64,000 nt of DNA from Octopus vulgaris (taxonomy: Eukaryota). A program made the position numbers and the translations under genes. The notes under the pieces are model-generated. The model was not told the origin of the DNA. It saw nothing but the letters and a program-made list of their open reading frames with translations, and did no database searches. Positions 13,864 to 26,740 of the stretch are shown one piece after another. The first letter of the stretch is position 1. The number at the start of each line of letters is the position of its first letter. The stretch spans positions 19,282,001-19,346,000 of the forward strand of contig OX597837.1 in assembly GCA_951406725.2 (NCBI GenBank), read 5' to 3'.

Positions 13864-14094
13864 GGCGGCGAGCTGGCAGAAACGTTAGCACGCCGGGCGA
13901 AATGCTTAGCGGCATTTCGCCTGTCGTTACGTTGTGAGTTCAAATTCCGCCGAGCTTGACTTTGCCTTTCATCCTTTCGGGGTCGACAAATTAAGTACCA
14001 GTTTCGCACTGGGGTCGATGTAATCGATTTAATACCTATGTCTGTCCTTGTTTGTCCCCTCTGTGTTTAGCCCCTTGTGGGTAATAAAGAAATA
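13864..14094 (+). mobile_element. SINE family A, full length, with 20-bp target-site duplication
   Basis: GGTATTACTGACAACAGTAA at 13844-13863 and again from 14095. Confidence 0.95.
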
Positions 14095-14455
14095 GGTATT
14101 ACTGACAACAGTAACGATAGCAACACCACCACTCCCTCAACCATCACTACTGCACAGAGGAAGACAGTAGCTTATATTGATTTATGAAAAAGATGCAATG
14201 CACAACCGCCACTGCTTATGCTCATTTGCATGTTAGCATATTTATTGTCAATGTTTTTTTAATTAAGTACCAAGACAATCGAACTGTAGTTATTTTATAC
14301 TAAAATGCTAAAACAAGTACCAATCGGAGACAATGGATAAGTGGAATTGTACGAACGTTCGACTAGTTCTGACTTCAAATCCCGTAAAGCTGGAAGAAAT
14401 GCTGCTTAGCATTTTGTCCGGAGAATAATGACTCTGCCAGTTCGCCGCCTTAATG

Positions 14456-14525
<70 letters not shown>

Positions 14526-14699
14526 CTGATGCAGTACCAGGCAGTCCCTGATGCAGTACCAGGCAGTCCCTGATGCAGTACCAGGCAGCCCCTGATGCAG
14601 TACCAAGCAGTCCCTGATGCAGTACCAGGCAGCCCCTGATGCAGTACCAGGCAGCCCCTGATGCAGTACCAGGCAGTCCCTGATGCAGTACCAGGCAGT
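14526..14699. repeat. 22-bp tandem repeat, 8 copies (CTGATGCAGTACCAGGCAGYCC)
   Basis: Units start every 22 bp from 14526 to 14680 with no spacers. Confidence 0.95.
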
Positions 14700-15230
14700 G
14701 GCTCTCATGGCTTCTGATCTTAACTGATTGGAAGTGTTATCATGTACATTGTTTTGTCTTGGTATAAAAGATGGGCTACAGCAAATATTCTGCTCAATAC
14801 CACAGATTTGCTTGTCAGTTGTTTGACCTTAACCAGTTGAGCATGTCCCTTAGTGGCTGACGATATGTGCATCTCTGATCACGAGCAGAAGTAGTGGGGG
14901 AGCATCATAGCCATGTGTTGAGAGGGATCCTCTGGGGTTTGAATAATTCACCTCTGGAAACATGGGTGGTTCTTTCAACATCCTTAAACAACCCTTATTC
15001 AGGGACCTTTTGAGCGGGATGGGCTACTCAACCTGAAGAAAATTCTAACTGGGCCCCACCTGCAAGGTCATGTGCTGTTTATCTTGATATGAGATCACCA
15101 TGTCGCGCACATATGGTTGTGATGCATGTGCCTGGTGTACCCTTATCAGACGGGTAGTCATGATGGGTATATTGGGCTTCGTATATTTTACCCCAGTGTC
15201 ACTTTGATGGCATGTACTGCTCTCTCACTC
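14526..15230. mobile_element. Non-coding 0.7-kb element inserted in an (AAT)n tract
   Basis: Sharply bounded by (AAT)n on both sides; higher GC; one terminus is the 22-bp array. Confidence 0.6.
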
Positions 15231-15261
15231 AATAATAATAATAATAATAAAGAATAATAAT

Positions 15262-15465
15262 AATACTTTCCAATATAGGTAGAAGGCCTGAGATTTTGTT
15301 TGAGGGGGTTAGTCGATTATATTGATTCCAGCGCTCAACTGGTACTTATTTCATCGGACCCTAAAAGATGAAAGGCAAAGCCGAACTCGGTGGAATGTGA
15401 ACTCAGATCATAACGACGTCAAGCATTTCGCCCGCTGTGTGCTAACGATTCTGCAAGGTCCCTGT
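15262..15465 (-). mobile_element. SINE family A, diverged
   Basis: Family motif on the minus strand. Confidence 0.85.
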
Positions 15466-15559
15466 CTTGGTTGTAGTTGTAACAATTCTGTAATTGACCA
15501 TAAACTCTTACAGTTATCAAAACTTAACCGTTACTTTAAAAAACAAATGAACTGCGTGG

Positions 15560-15648
15560 AACCTTGGGCAAGTGTCTTCTACTACAGCCCCGCGTTGTCC
15601 AAAGCCTCATGAGTGAATTTAGTAGTCGGAAACTGAAAGAAACTTGTC

Positions 15649-15728
<80 letters not shown>

Positions 15729-15890
15729 GTATGTGTGTGTGTGTCTGTGCTAGTCCCCACCACCTCTTGACAACTGGTGTTGGTGTGTTTACGTCCCCAT
15801 TCGGCAAAAGAGAGCGATAGAGTAAGTACCAGGCTTTAAGAAAACGAAAAGAAGTCCTGGAGTCGATTAGTTCGACTAAAGTTCCTCAAG
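15560..15890 (+). mobile_element. SINE family B, 5'-truncated
   Basis: ACCTTGGGCAAGTGTCTTCTACT..(TA)n..3' half. Confidence 0.85.
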
Positions 15891-16055
15891 ACTGAGACAA
15901 GATAAAGCATAAAAGATTCCATAAAGCTAAAATATTTGGACGTATCTGTAGAGTAAGTAAAACTTGTCCACTTAAGACTAATATGTAGTATATAATTAAT
16001 GCATTGTACGTGTTCTGTATTCATATAGTTATTTAGCAATCTGTTTCATGCTTAA

Positions 16056-17308
16056 CCCAATATTGCATGAATTATTAAGGGCTGATACTAAAAAGAAAAA
16101 AAGAACAAAAGAAAAATCTGTTTATACTGAATAACAATCCAATTCTATGGCTGAAAAGGGAATCGTTGCAAATATTTACGTATTGAGTGTGAATATTCGT
16201 AAGTGTGAAGATTTGGGTATCTTGGGCTTTGTTTATTTAAATCAACAGTACGTAAAGAAGGCAAAACATCTAACTAAATACTTGAAATGTAATTTATTAT
16301 CACATCAAGGCTATCTAAAACCACAAGGTGTCTACGTGATATATGGAAAAACAAAGACGGTAGTTATTTGGAAATGTGTTTATTCAGTGGGAAAGAGCTC
16401 GAAACAGTTTGATTTTGCGGTAAAAAACATCGGTTAACACTACCTTTTCCACTGTCAACTATTGTAATGGACTCATAATATGGATTCTTGCATCTTCCCT
16501 TCTTGCCGCTTTCCATGTACTGAGGCCAATGAGCTATACCATCCATGTAGGTTGACCTATTCTGGCATTGGAGCTGTCGGTCCTCTGGACTTTTTGGTCA
16601 TTATTTGCGTTTCCACTTCACTTAATGATAGTGTCCTCTTTTGTTTGACTTGGATTTTTTGTCTGATGTCATGAATGACCCGGAAATACTTCGAAATCAC
16701 TAACAATACGTCTGATGCATTCTAAGGTTCATTATGTCGGAATAAAAGCCACGATTGTACTACAATCATGTCGAGAAAGTGGAAAATAAATCAGTAGTAC
16801 CACTTTTTTCAGCGAACATGGATTCTGTAAAGGCTCAGTAGCCCATCCAGTAAATCTGTCCCGCTCATAAACTTGTTGTATATGTTTACAATTGAAGGGC
16901 ATAGTATGGTTACACGATGCTTTTCTTTCAATCCAACCCTTGAAACCTGGAATTTTCAAGGGTTGGATTAACTGCTTCATATGTTGGCGTTATTGTTATC
17001 GAACCATTTTACTGTACGTAACTCAAAAACATTAATACTTAGTTGTCCATACTGCAACAAACTCCTGCCTGTTTTTCTTTAATGCTCTATCTGATTACAG
17101 CTTGCATCCAGACAAACGTTTGTTATACACTGTAGCACACAGCGGGCGAAATGCTTGACGTCGTTATGTTTTGAGTTCACATTCCACCGAGATCGGCTTT
17201 GCGTTTCATCTTTTAGGGTCTGATGAAATAAGTACCAGTTGAGCACTGGAATCGATATAATCGACTAACCCCCTCAAACAAAATCTAAGGCCTTCTACCT
17301 ATATTGGA

Positions 17309-17372
<64 letters not shown>

Positions 17373-18126
17373 GCAAGACGGTATTCTCATAGTGGCCATA
17401 CCCTGTTCATGTAGGGTCTCTACAAGATCAACACCTATATACCAACTGTTGAAATACATTTTGTATCATTTGTTTCTTGGTAATTTTGCAGCAAAATCAT
17501 TACAATATTTCTAGAGGCTTGTAAATCTGGCTGGTTTGAGCAGGTTCCAATTGCACCAGTGTGGACTTCAAAATTGTGGATAAGTCCGTCTATTCTTGAC
17601 AACATAGTGGTTTCATTTCATTATAGAAACTGCTGCAGTTCATTTGAAAGCTGATAAGTGATATGCAAAGTTTTATAAACTTAGAAAAGCCTGAAATTAT
17701 GGATTCTCAACGTGAACATTCAATAACTTTCAGCAAGTAACTGTGCAAGAATGCATGGTGTTGTTTTAAATCAACAAAACATAAACACAACGGTTTGAGT
17801 ACTTTTCTATCAAGATCCACGAACAATTTTATTTAATAAGTAACTTTAAACAGTCTTGTGAAATAGTAACAAAAACAAAACAAAAACAATGTTCATACCT
17901 TACAACTTTAGTGAAGATTTACAATTTTAAGTTGCATTATTACACCAATAAGAAAGTCTGCTGGTTGTTTTGAAGTATAATAAATAGATTTTTGCCGTAA
18001 AGCCTTGTTTACACTTTTGACTACTATTCAAAAAGCAAAATAGCTGTGTTTGTTTCTTTAAATTAACACCATGAATTTAGGCATTTTTTGGCGCGTTGCT
18101 TTAAATACACAATATACAATATAGGG
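16056..18126 (-). mobile_element. Decayed, internally deleted piggyBac transposon
   Basis: TTAA-CCCAATATTGCAT ... ATACAATATAGGG-TTAA termini; transposase remnants GLIHNFEVHTG, YKMYFNSWY, CPSIVNIYNKFMSGTDLLDGLLSLYRI..KKWYY and C-terminal DGIAHWP..GRCK. Confidence 0.92.
17133..17372 (+). repeat. Inverted copy of 15231-15444 (SINE A plus ATT tail) inside the piggyBac
   Basis: Shares an unusual deletion and substitutions with the 15.3-kb copy (GCACACAGCGGGCGAAATGCTTGACGTCGTTATG). Confidence 0.85.
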
Positions 18127-18939
18127 TTAATGCAAATACATCCTGGGAAACCAAATTAACTGCGGTATTTGTTCGGAGATAATATCTGTTATGGACGTAT
18201 TAGGCTAAATAACGAAAATATATCAGCAGAAGAGGAAAATTTTCTATCAGTGGTGGCGGGAATGCTAAATGTGCATTTTTGCATTTTGGAGCTTCGTCAG
18301 CAGCATGTACTCGCTGGCAACAGCATGCTAAGATAAAATCCGTTGCCATTGATATAGGAAAACTGCGAAAAGTCACTGATGTTGCAATTAGCTGGCTGGC
18401 TGAATAAAATTCGTTACTTGCAATTGCGGCAGTATTAGATTAAACTAAGAATCTAGCACTCCCAGCACTGCTGCTGGACGATTTTCAGTTGCTATTGATA
18501 AATGGTTGTATTATTTAACACAAAATGTTGATAAGAGATATTACTCTTACCAAACAAATACCGCAGATAATTTGGTTTTCCGAGTTGTGCTTACATTAAG
18601 TATGATACACAGATTGCTAATATTTAACTAATACCGCTTCTAATGCACATAACGAATTTTTTAATATAATTATTATATAAGCTCTGTTTCAAATTCAAAA
18701 TGCCAGGTATAAGTCGTGTAGTAACATATTTTCTAATGGAAAAACTTAGGAACTCAGTTCCTGTCGCTGAATATGTATCTAGTCTTAAGTCTAAGAGTAT
18801 AAATTATAACTTAGAATTGTGGAACTTAAATTCTGCTAAAAAGTACTAAGGGGAAGAGGAAAGATTGCCTTTGTACAAGAAAAACACAATCAATACTTGA
18901 CCATACATTATTGATAAACAAAAAGAGACAAATTCTCAT

Positions 18940-19160
18940 TCACTGTCTGGTCGGGTGACTTGTCCATTCGCCATGATAGATTGCTAGCCACTACACATTC
19001 TTTATTTTCTCTTTTTGTTTCTTTCTGTGTTCCTTTCTGTGGAAGAGCGTAGGCTCGAAACGTTAACCACTTTTTCACTTCCCGAGCGTTATACTAATAC
19101 ATCTGTTTGTTGTCTACACCACCTGTCTTCGTCTTTTGTTTTCTTTTGTGTGAATTCTCC
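18940..19160 (+). mobile_element. Penelope pseudo-LTR-like fragment with hammerhead variant (19034-19066)
   Basis: TTT-CTGTGGA-AGAGCGTAGGCTC-GAAA-CG-TT-AA; same family as 3745-3935. Confidence 0.6.
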
Positions 19161-19669
19161 TCAATGTAGCCCTTTCTCGCCAGACGTCCTGATCAAACGA
19201 AGAGGCGCGAATATCTAGCCTGGGCTTTTAGTCACACTGGTCTTTCATTTGATGAAATGTTTCATTTGTCTATGTCACATGATTGCAGTAGCTCACCAAC
19301 TGAACTGTTTTATCCCGGCCGTTGACAGTTTATTGTCCTTTCATTCTCTCATCATTGAAGTGATATTGACCATTGATTCAATAAGTTCCTTTATCGAAAT
19401 AGTTCACATTCCTCATGTTGCATTCAATGATTCCAACGTACTCTGCATCGGGCAGTTACAAACATTTTGATAGCTAACCCATACCTGGAACCCTCACAGG
19501 TGTTACTATTCTGGGACAAAGTAGACCTAGGAGAAAAAATAGTTAAGAGGTGGTTCCGCATTTCCCCAAACCCTGGAACCCCAGGTACCTGCCAATGAAT
19601 GCAGTTTAAGATCATACCTTGCACTTGTAGTTATTCACTACACACATCAAGGCTTGAAATTATCTTTTA

Positions 19670-19860
19670 TCGTTTACTTGTTTCAGTCATTGGACTGCGA
19701 CCATGTTGGGGCACCATCTTGAAGAATTTTTAGTCGAATGAACTGACCCTAGCACATTTTTTGTTAAAGCCTGGCACTTATCCTATCGTTACCGCTAAGT
19801 TACATGGACATAAACACACCACCAACAGTTGTCAAGCGGTGGTAGGGGACAGACACAAAG

Positions 19861-19894
<34 letters not shown>

Positions 19895-20050
19895 CGTGCT
19901 TTTTTCAGTTTCCGTCTACCAAATTCACTCACAAGCCCTTTGGTCGACCTAAGGTTATAGAAAACCCTTGCAAAATGTCCCAAGCAGTGGTACTGAAGCT
20001 AGTACTATGTGGTTAGAAAGCAAGCTTCTTACTACACCAGTCAGTCCAGC
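19670..20050 (-). mobile_element. SINE family B
   Basis: Reverse complement of family B. Confidence 0.85.
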
Positions 20051-20539
20051 ACCTATAAGATCTTTTAAACGACTTAAAAATTATCGGATACAAAAGTATA
20101 GGGTTTAAATTACAGGGAAATATAATAACATAAAACAACAGCAATAATAGCCAAAGAAACAAATAATAACAAGAAAACAAACTCCCGAGTATGTTGGAAT
20201 CATGGAATGTAGAATGGTGGACGGGAACTATTTCGGCAAATAAACTTATTGAGTCAATGGCAAACTTCACTTCGATACTGAGCGGATGAACAGAAAACAA
20301 TCAACGATCAGGATCAACCGGTTCAGTTAACAAACAACGCTTATCAGCCGTTGTCGTTCTGTGTACAGACGAGATATTTCACAAAACAAAAGACCAATGC
20401 GACTTAAACTCAGGACAGACATTTATATCTCATCGCTTGATTGGGACGTCAGACGTGGAAAAAATTGCATTCGTTCTAGCAAATCGCTGGACGAATTAAT
20501 TGATTCTTTCTTTCTTACTTTTTTTATTTTATATTATTT

Positions 20540-20710
20540 GAGCTGGCTGGCTGAACCGTTAGCACGCCGGGCAAAATGCTTAGTAACATTCCGTCCATCT
20601 CTACGTTCTGAGTTGAAATCTCGCTCAGGTCAACTTTGCCTTTCGTCCTTTTGGAACCATTCTCTTCTACCCAAATTTCAGGCTTTGTGCTTATAATGCA
20701 AAGGATTATT
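20540..20710 (+). mobile_element. SINE family A, internally deleted
   Basis: Family motif. Confidence 0.8.
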
Positions 20711-20749
20711 TGATCATAATTTAAGCTCATTTATTACCCTCTCTTTTAC

Positions 20750-20941
20750 TCTTTTACTTGTTTCAGTCATTTGTCTGCGGCCATACTGGAATACCACCTT
20801 TAGTCGAGAAAATCGACCCCAGGACTTAATCTTTGTAAGCTTAGTAGTTATTCTATCGGTATATTTTGCCAAATCGCTAAGTTACGGGGACGTAAACACA
20901 CCAGCATCGGTTGTCAAGCGATGTTGGGGGGACAAACACAG

Positions 20942-20976
<35 letters not shown>

Positions 20977-21152
20977 CATACACATATACATATATACGAC
21001 GGGTTTCTTTCAGTTTCCGTCTACTAAATCCACTCGCAAGGCTTTGGTCGGCCCGAGGCTATAGTAGAAGACGTTTACCCAAAGTGTCACGCAGTGGGAC
21101 TGAGCCCGGAACCATGTGGTTAGTAAGCAAGCTACTTACCACACAGCCACTC
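20750..21152 (-). mobile_element. SINE family B, full length
   Basis: Reverse complement of family B. Confidence 0.9.
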
Positions 21153-21472
21153 CTTGGTTCTTATATACATAAAAATGTTCAGTTTTATATATGTTCAGTT
21201 TTATATACAGGACACTACTATTTCAAACCTGGTTTCCCCATCAGCTTCAAATGTTTTAATCGTTGTATTGTTATCCAAAAAACATTTATATATACTCACA
21301 ATTCATAAAAAAAAACCCCTTTCTTACTCTGTATTATCACAACCGTCTGATGAACGATTTGAGTAACAGTTTGTTCAGCTTTGTGCAGCTTTAATAAAAA
21401 AAGTACATTTATATGTATATAGATTTCTTTCTCAATTTGTATATATCTTCTATATGTGTATATATAAAGACG

Positions 21473-21630
21473 CAGGCGTGGCTGTGTGGTAAGAGGTTTT
21501 CTTCCTGATCACACGATCCCATTGCATGATACCTTAGGCAAGTGTCTTCTACTACAGCCCGTTAGCCTCGAGTTGATTGAAGCCTTGTAGGTGAATTTGA
21601 AAGGTGGAAACTGAAAGAAGCCCGTCGTAT
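21473..21630 (+). mobile_element. SINE family B 5' half
   Basis: GGCGTGGCTGTGTGGTAAG..AAACTGAAAGAAGCCCGTCG. Confidence 0.8.
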
Positions 21631-22199
21631 ATATACATGTGTGTGTGAGTGTGTGTGAGTGTGCATGAGTGTGTGTGTGCGTGTGTTTGTGTGTGCGTGT
21701 TTGTGTATCATGATCTGTGATTTTGTGGGTCACATCAGGCGATAGAATGTTAATGTTTGTTGACTGACGACTCAATGAACTGCTAATAAATATACTCTAC
21801 TCCATCTATCGGGTACTTTTTCTCTTGTTTATTTAGCCAAACGTATGTACCCACATATAAACACATACACACGCACCTTAAGATTCATACATTCGTGTAT
21901 GTGTGTATGTATGTATCTCTCTTACACACACACACGTACGGTCACGGCCGACAGCTAGCAAATATAAGAAAAGAACGAAATACATCACCATATCTGATCT
22001 TTATAAGAAAAACATTTGAACATCGGTAACCAACAATATATAAGAGAAATTGAATTTAATTTCTCTGTATTTTCCCTTTTATAACAGCATAACTAAGTCG
22101 TCTTTTTGAAACGACCGGAGCCGGTAGCTGCTTCCTCAAAAAGGTAAATATTGTCTTTCTGTTTTCCACTACATGTATACATGTATGTGCAACCAGTGT

Positions 22200-22236
<37 letters not shown>

Positions 22237-22671
22237 CTTTATCATAAATGTATATACCTCTTATCTATCTTCAATATGCGAGTGTGTGAATGTGCATTTA
22301 CGTACATGTCGCTATCTTCCGCTCTGTATGTGTGTGTGTGTTTGTGTGTTTATGTTATGTATTTGTGTGTGCATATGTGTGTGCGTGCGTGTGTGTGTTT
22401 ATGTTATCTATGTGCGTGTTTGTGTGTGTGTGTGAGCTTATGTCATTAATCATGCATATATGTTTATCTGTTTTTGTCTGAAATAAAGAAGTCATCATCG
22501 TTAAACAGTCGAACATGTGTTTTTAGACGTAAATATTTTTTGGCAATTCTCTCGTAATTTTCAATTTACATACATACATACATACATAATATGCATCCAT
22601 ACATACGTACATATATACATATGAGAATACATAAATACGTAAGTATATAGATACATACACACATACACACA

Positions 22672-22707
<36 letters not shown>

Positions 22708-23178
22708 TATATTTATATACATATGAATGTATGTGTGTATGTATATGGGTGTATATGAATGGGTTTGTATGAATGCCTCTGAATTAAATTCAGCAATACA
22801 TAACTAAGGTTCAATATAAAGGAGACGTGTTGTAACTACAATATCTGGCTATAAACATCACTGCCAGTCCGTGCCATATTGCACAATATATATCTCTCTC
22901 TCTCACACACACAATACTACCCACATACGATAAATCTTATATAAAGTTACTGTCTCTCTGTCAGCCTAATTCATATACAATATGGCGTGTGACTGTTGAA
23001 AAAACACAGTTTGATATACGTCATATTTGACTTTAAACTACTTTCTTCCATGTTCGGTCTTTGTTTCTTACAATATATATATATATATATATATATGTGC
23101 ACACATATATATATATACATACATACATACTTGTATGTGTGTGTATATATATATGTTTCATATATATGTATACATATG

Positions 23179-23286
<108 letters not shown>

Positions 23287-23416
23287 CATATATATACATA
23301 TATGTATACGTAATATATATATATATGTATATATAAATATACATATAATATATTTCACATATATATATAGACATATGTTAATATATATATTAACATACAC
23401 ACACACATATATGTAG

Positions 23417-23467
<51 letters not shown>

Positions 23468-23589
23468 CACACACACATATATACATATATATATGTGCTT
23501 TTCTCGTACAAAACACGAAAAGTTTCAATACACAACTGTTAGAAAAGTGTATCGTCCATTATTCTTTGTTGATAAACACGACAAATATG

Positions 23590-23633
<44 letters not shown>

Positions 23634-24449
23634 TATATATACATACATACATACATATACATACACACGCACATTCTCGCACAAACTCCCCCGCACTCAC
23701 TCACACCCCCGCTCACACGCACGCACACATGTTTACGCACGTGATCCAGTGCAAAACAATTTCGAAGATCTACAAGTACTAAGATGGCGTGGAAGGCTGT
23801 AGGTGCACAACTGACTTGCTAGAATTATCAGCCAAACATCCCTCGAACCACGCCCAGCTGTCTTGAAAATTGTCGTCTTCTCAAGAAATACAAATATTGC
23901 TAGTGGCTGGAGAACTTCAGGTGAAAGCGCTGCCTAATCAAGGCTAAAAAAAAAAACAAAGACAAAAACAAAACAAAGTAAAGCAAAAATAAAAATCAAA
24001 AAAAAAAAGATAACTAAGACCGAAATCCTGACTTCTCAGTTCCGATTTGTAACCCTATATTTTATCTTTTGTTTGATTCACTGCTTTGGAAGGGCTTTAT
24101 TGACCCTAATATTTATTTTTCATGTTAAGTCTGATACTTCGTCAATCGATCTCTTTTTACCGAACCGCTATATGCGAGGACATAACCAAACACACACCGG
24201 TTGTCAAGCAACGGTGGAGGACAAACATGACACAAACACAAGCACACACGCATACATATATAATGTTGAATTCAACTAAATTTGTGTTTCGACTTACGTT
24301 GTGCCGAAGATTTCAGAGGCGGATGAAATAATACTATAACATGGATACCAACGACTAGGGACTTTGTTTTATTTTATGTAAGAGAAACAAATTAAGTACA
24401 TTATTTACATTTGACAAATTTTTGTCCTCATCTTGTTTGTTGTTAAAAT

Positions 24450-25688
24450 AAGGTCCCGGAGCAGTTGAGTGAGACCTCTGTAGAAGAGGGAATGAAAGCG
24501 GCTTAGGAGGCGGAGGTCTCCTCAAACAGCGGCCGCAAGAAGAAGAAGGTGAGCAACAAAGGGTGCTCACCGAAGGATCCTAGAGATGAGGAAGGGAAGG
24601 CGAATCTCCCGGTCACGGAGGAGACGTACCCTTCCTCAGTTGAAAAGAAAAGAAAGAGGGAGAGGAAGAGAAACGGGACATTGCCGGCAGTCGGTGACAT
24701 AGTACCGGAATGTACCGGAACTACGTCGGTTGGGGTTGTGCCACCGGCAGAAGAAACACCATAAGAGAGCACTTTTAGCCGTCACACAGAATCCCGAATG
24801 GTCTTCGCCGAGGTCGACAGCTATCTGTGGAGGTCATAACGTTTGACGTGACGTTTAGGCTGAAGGGGCTCAATGAGGAATGTCGCTTGTACCCGGGCGA
24901 CGCCGACACGGAACCCGCTTCGATTTTAAATGAGGCGTGGAGGATGGCGGAGGATGCGGGCACAAGCGATGTTGAGGGTGAGTTATTAATTGTGGCACTG
25001 TGTGACACAAATATTTGATAAAAGGCACTTCGCCTTCTTTCTGAACTCCAGGCTGTCAACGTGGTTTGCTCTGCAAGCGGCTAGATATTTGACTGGGGAT
25101 CCGGAAAGAGGAGGAAGGGAAAAATGATAATGTATTTTTGATTTTTATGTAAGTGTAAAGCCTCCATGGCCAATTTGATAAAATAAAGAAGCTGCTAACT
25201 TCTCGGAGGGAGGAGCCCATGCCCTGGACAGAGGACGAGGATTGGCCTTCGCAGGTGACTACGAAGATCATATCGGATGTCGCTATGGTCAGGGTAATGA
25301 ACACCTTCTCAAAGAACATGTTTAGATACGCCTTCTGGGGCCCCAACCTAGAGCTGGTGCATTGCCTAAGGGAAGCGTAAGCCAGGTCTGGGAAGAGGGG
25401 CTTTGTGTATTGTATTTATATATATTAAATGTAATTATTGAACTATGTTGTTTGTAATGGACTGTTAAGTCCAAAAATTGAAAAGTTGTAAAAGGATTAA
25501 TACCTCGTTTTGTGTTTGGTTTTAAAGAACAATGTTTTAGAGAAGCAGAAGTCGGCGGCCGCTTTTTGTCTTCTCCCATCCTTATCATCTTTCTTTCATT
25601 ATCCTTCATTTCATTAATGTCCTTGTCCAGCCCGCAAAGCTACTTTACTCTATGGACTGCCTTTATGGAAAATGTAATGAAATAAAGA
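24450..25688 (+). mobile_element. GC-richer decayed coding-like segment ending in AATAAA; possible L1/Tx1-related element
   Basis: Compositional step; interrupted plus-strand frames (acidic, basic and Pro-rich); 3'-UTR-like tail; no diagnostic domain recognised. Confidence 0.35.
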
Positions 25689-25701
25689 AGCTTACTTCCG
25701 A

Positions 25702-25895
25702 AAGGCGGCGAGCTGACAGAATCGTTAGCACGCCGGACGAAATGCTTCGCGGTATTTCGTCTGTCTTTATGTTCTGAGTTCAAATTCCGCCGAGGTCGAC
25801 TTTGCCTTTCATCCTTTCGGGGTCGATTAAATAAGCACTAGTTGTCCTTGTTTGTCCACTCTATGTTTAGCCCTTTGTGGGCAATAAGGAAATAA
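25702..25895 (+). mobile_element. SINE family A with TSD of about 16 bp
   Basis: AGAAGCTTACTTCCGA before and AGAAGCCTACTTCCGA after. Confidence 0.9.
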
Positions 25896-26061
25896 GAAGC
25901 CTACTTCCGACATGAATATATTGAAACAGGTTTGCGGAACTGTAACTACACAAACAGCTTTTTTTGCAAGATAGAAATGACTAAGAAGTATTTTATCGGT
26001 ATGGAAAAAAAGAAATAAGAAACGTTAGCACGCCGGGCGAAATGCTAAGCAATAAAGAAAT

Positions 26062-26500
26062 AAGAAGCTTACTTCCCAACCACATGGTCTTGGGTTCAGT
26101 TCTGCCGCACGGTATCAGGGGCAAGGTTAGACTCAAAACCTTGAGTGGATTTGCAAGACGGAAACTGAAAGACGCTTGTTGTATGTATGTATGTAAATAT
26201 GTATGTATGTATACATGTACGTATGTATGCATTCATGTATGCATGCATGCATGTATACATGTATGCATGTATCCATGCATATATAAATTTATATGTGTGT
26301 TTTTATGATTGTCTTTTAACACCGCTTAACAGCCAATCCTTGTTACGTTCCCGTTACCTAGCGGTTTGGTAACCCTCCACCCCAATAAAATAAGTACAAA
26401 GCTTAAAAATAAGTACTGGGGTCTATTTGTTCGACTAAATCCTTCAAGGTGTTGCACCAGCAAGGCCGCAGTCCAAAGACCGAAGCAAGTAAGAATAAAA
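26062..26500 (+). mobile_element. SINE family B
   Basis: Family motifs with internal (TATG)n. Confidence 0.8.
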
Positions 26501-26740
26501 GGTTTTAGTAAGAAATATATAAAATTCAACAAAAAAAGGAAGTTTACAATAACGGCATCAGTATCCGCAAAGCTGGGAAGTGTAGGCTAAACCCAGATTT
26601 GCATTCGATTAGAGATATATGTACAGCATGATGATATTGACTTAATTAATTAATGAACTAATTAATTAATTTGTTTTATTTTTCTTGAGCCTGAGGACTC
26701 ATAAGGTCTGTTATCCGGTTTCCATGGCGTATAATCTTAT

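Larger units (their letters stand above)
16026..18632. mobile_element. Older fold-back/MITE element whose left arm is split by the piggyBac
   Basis: 16026-16055 joined to 18131-18190 is an imperfect reverse complement of 18535-18632. Confidence 0.7.

Noticed and set aside
14526-14699. 22-bp repeat array as a CRISPR array
   Set aside because: Units are contiguous with no unique spacers, there are no cas genes, and the context is eukaryotic
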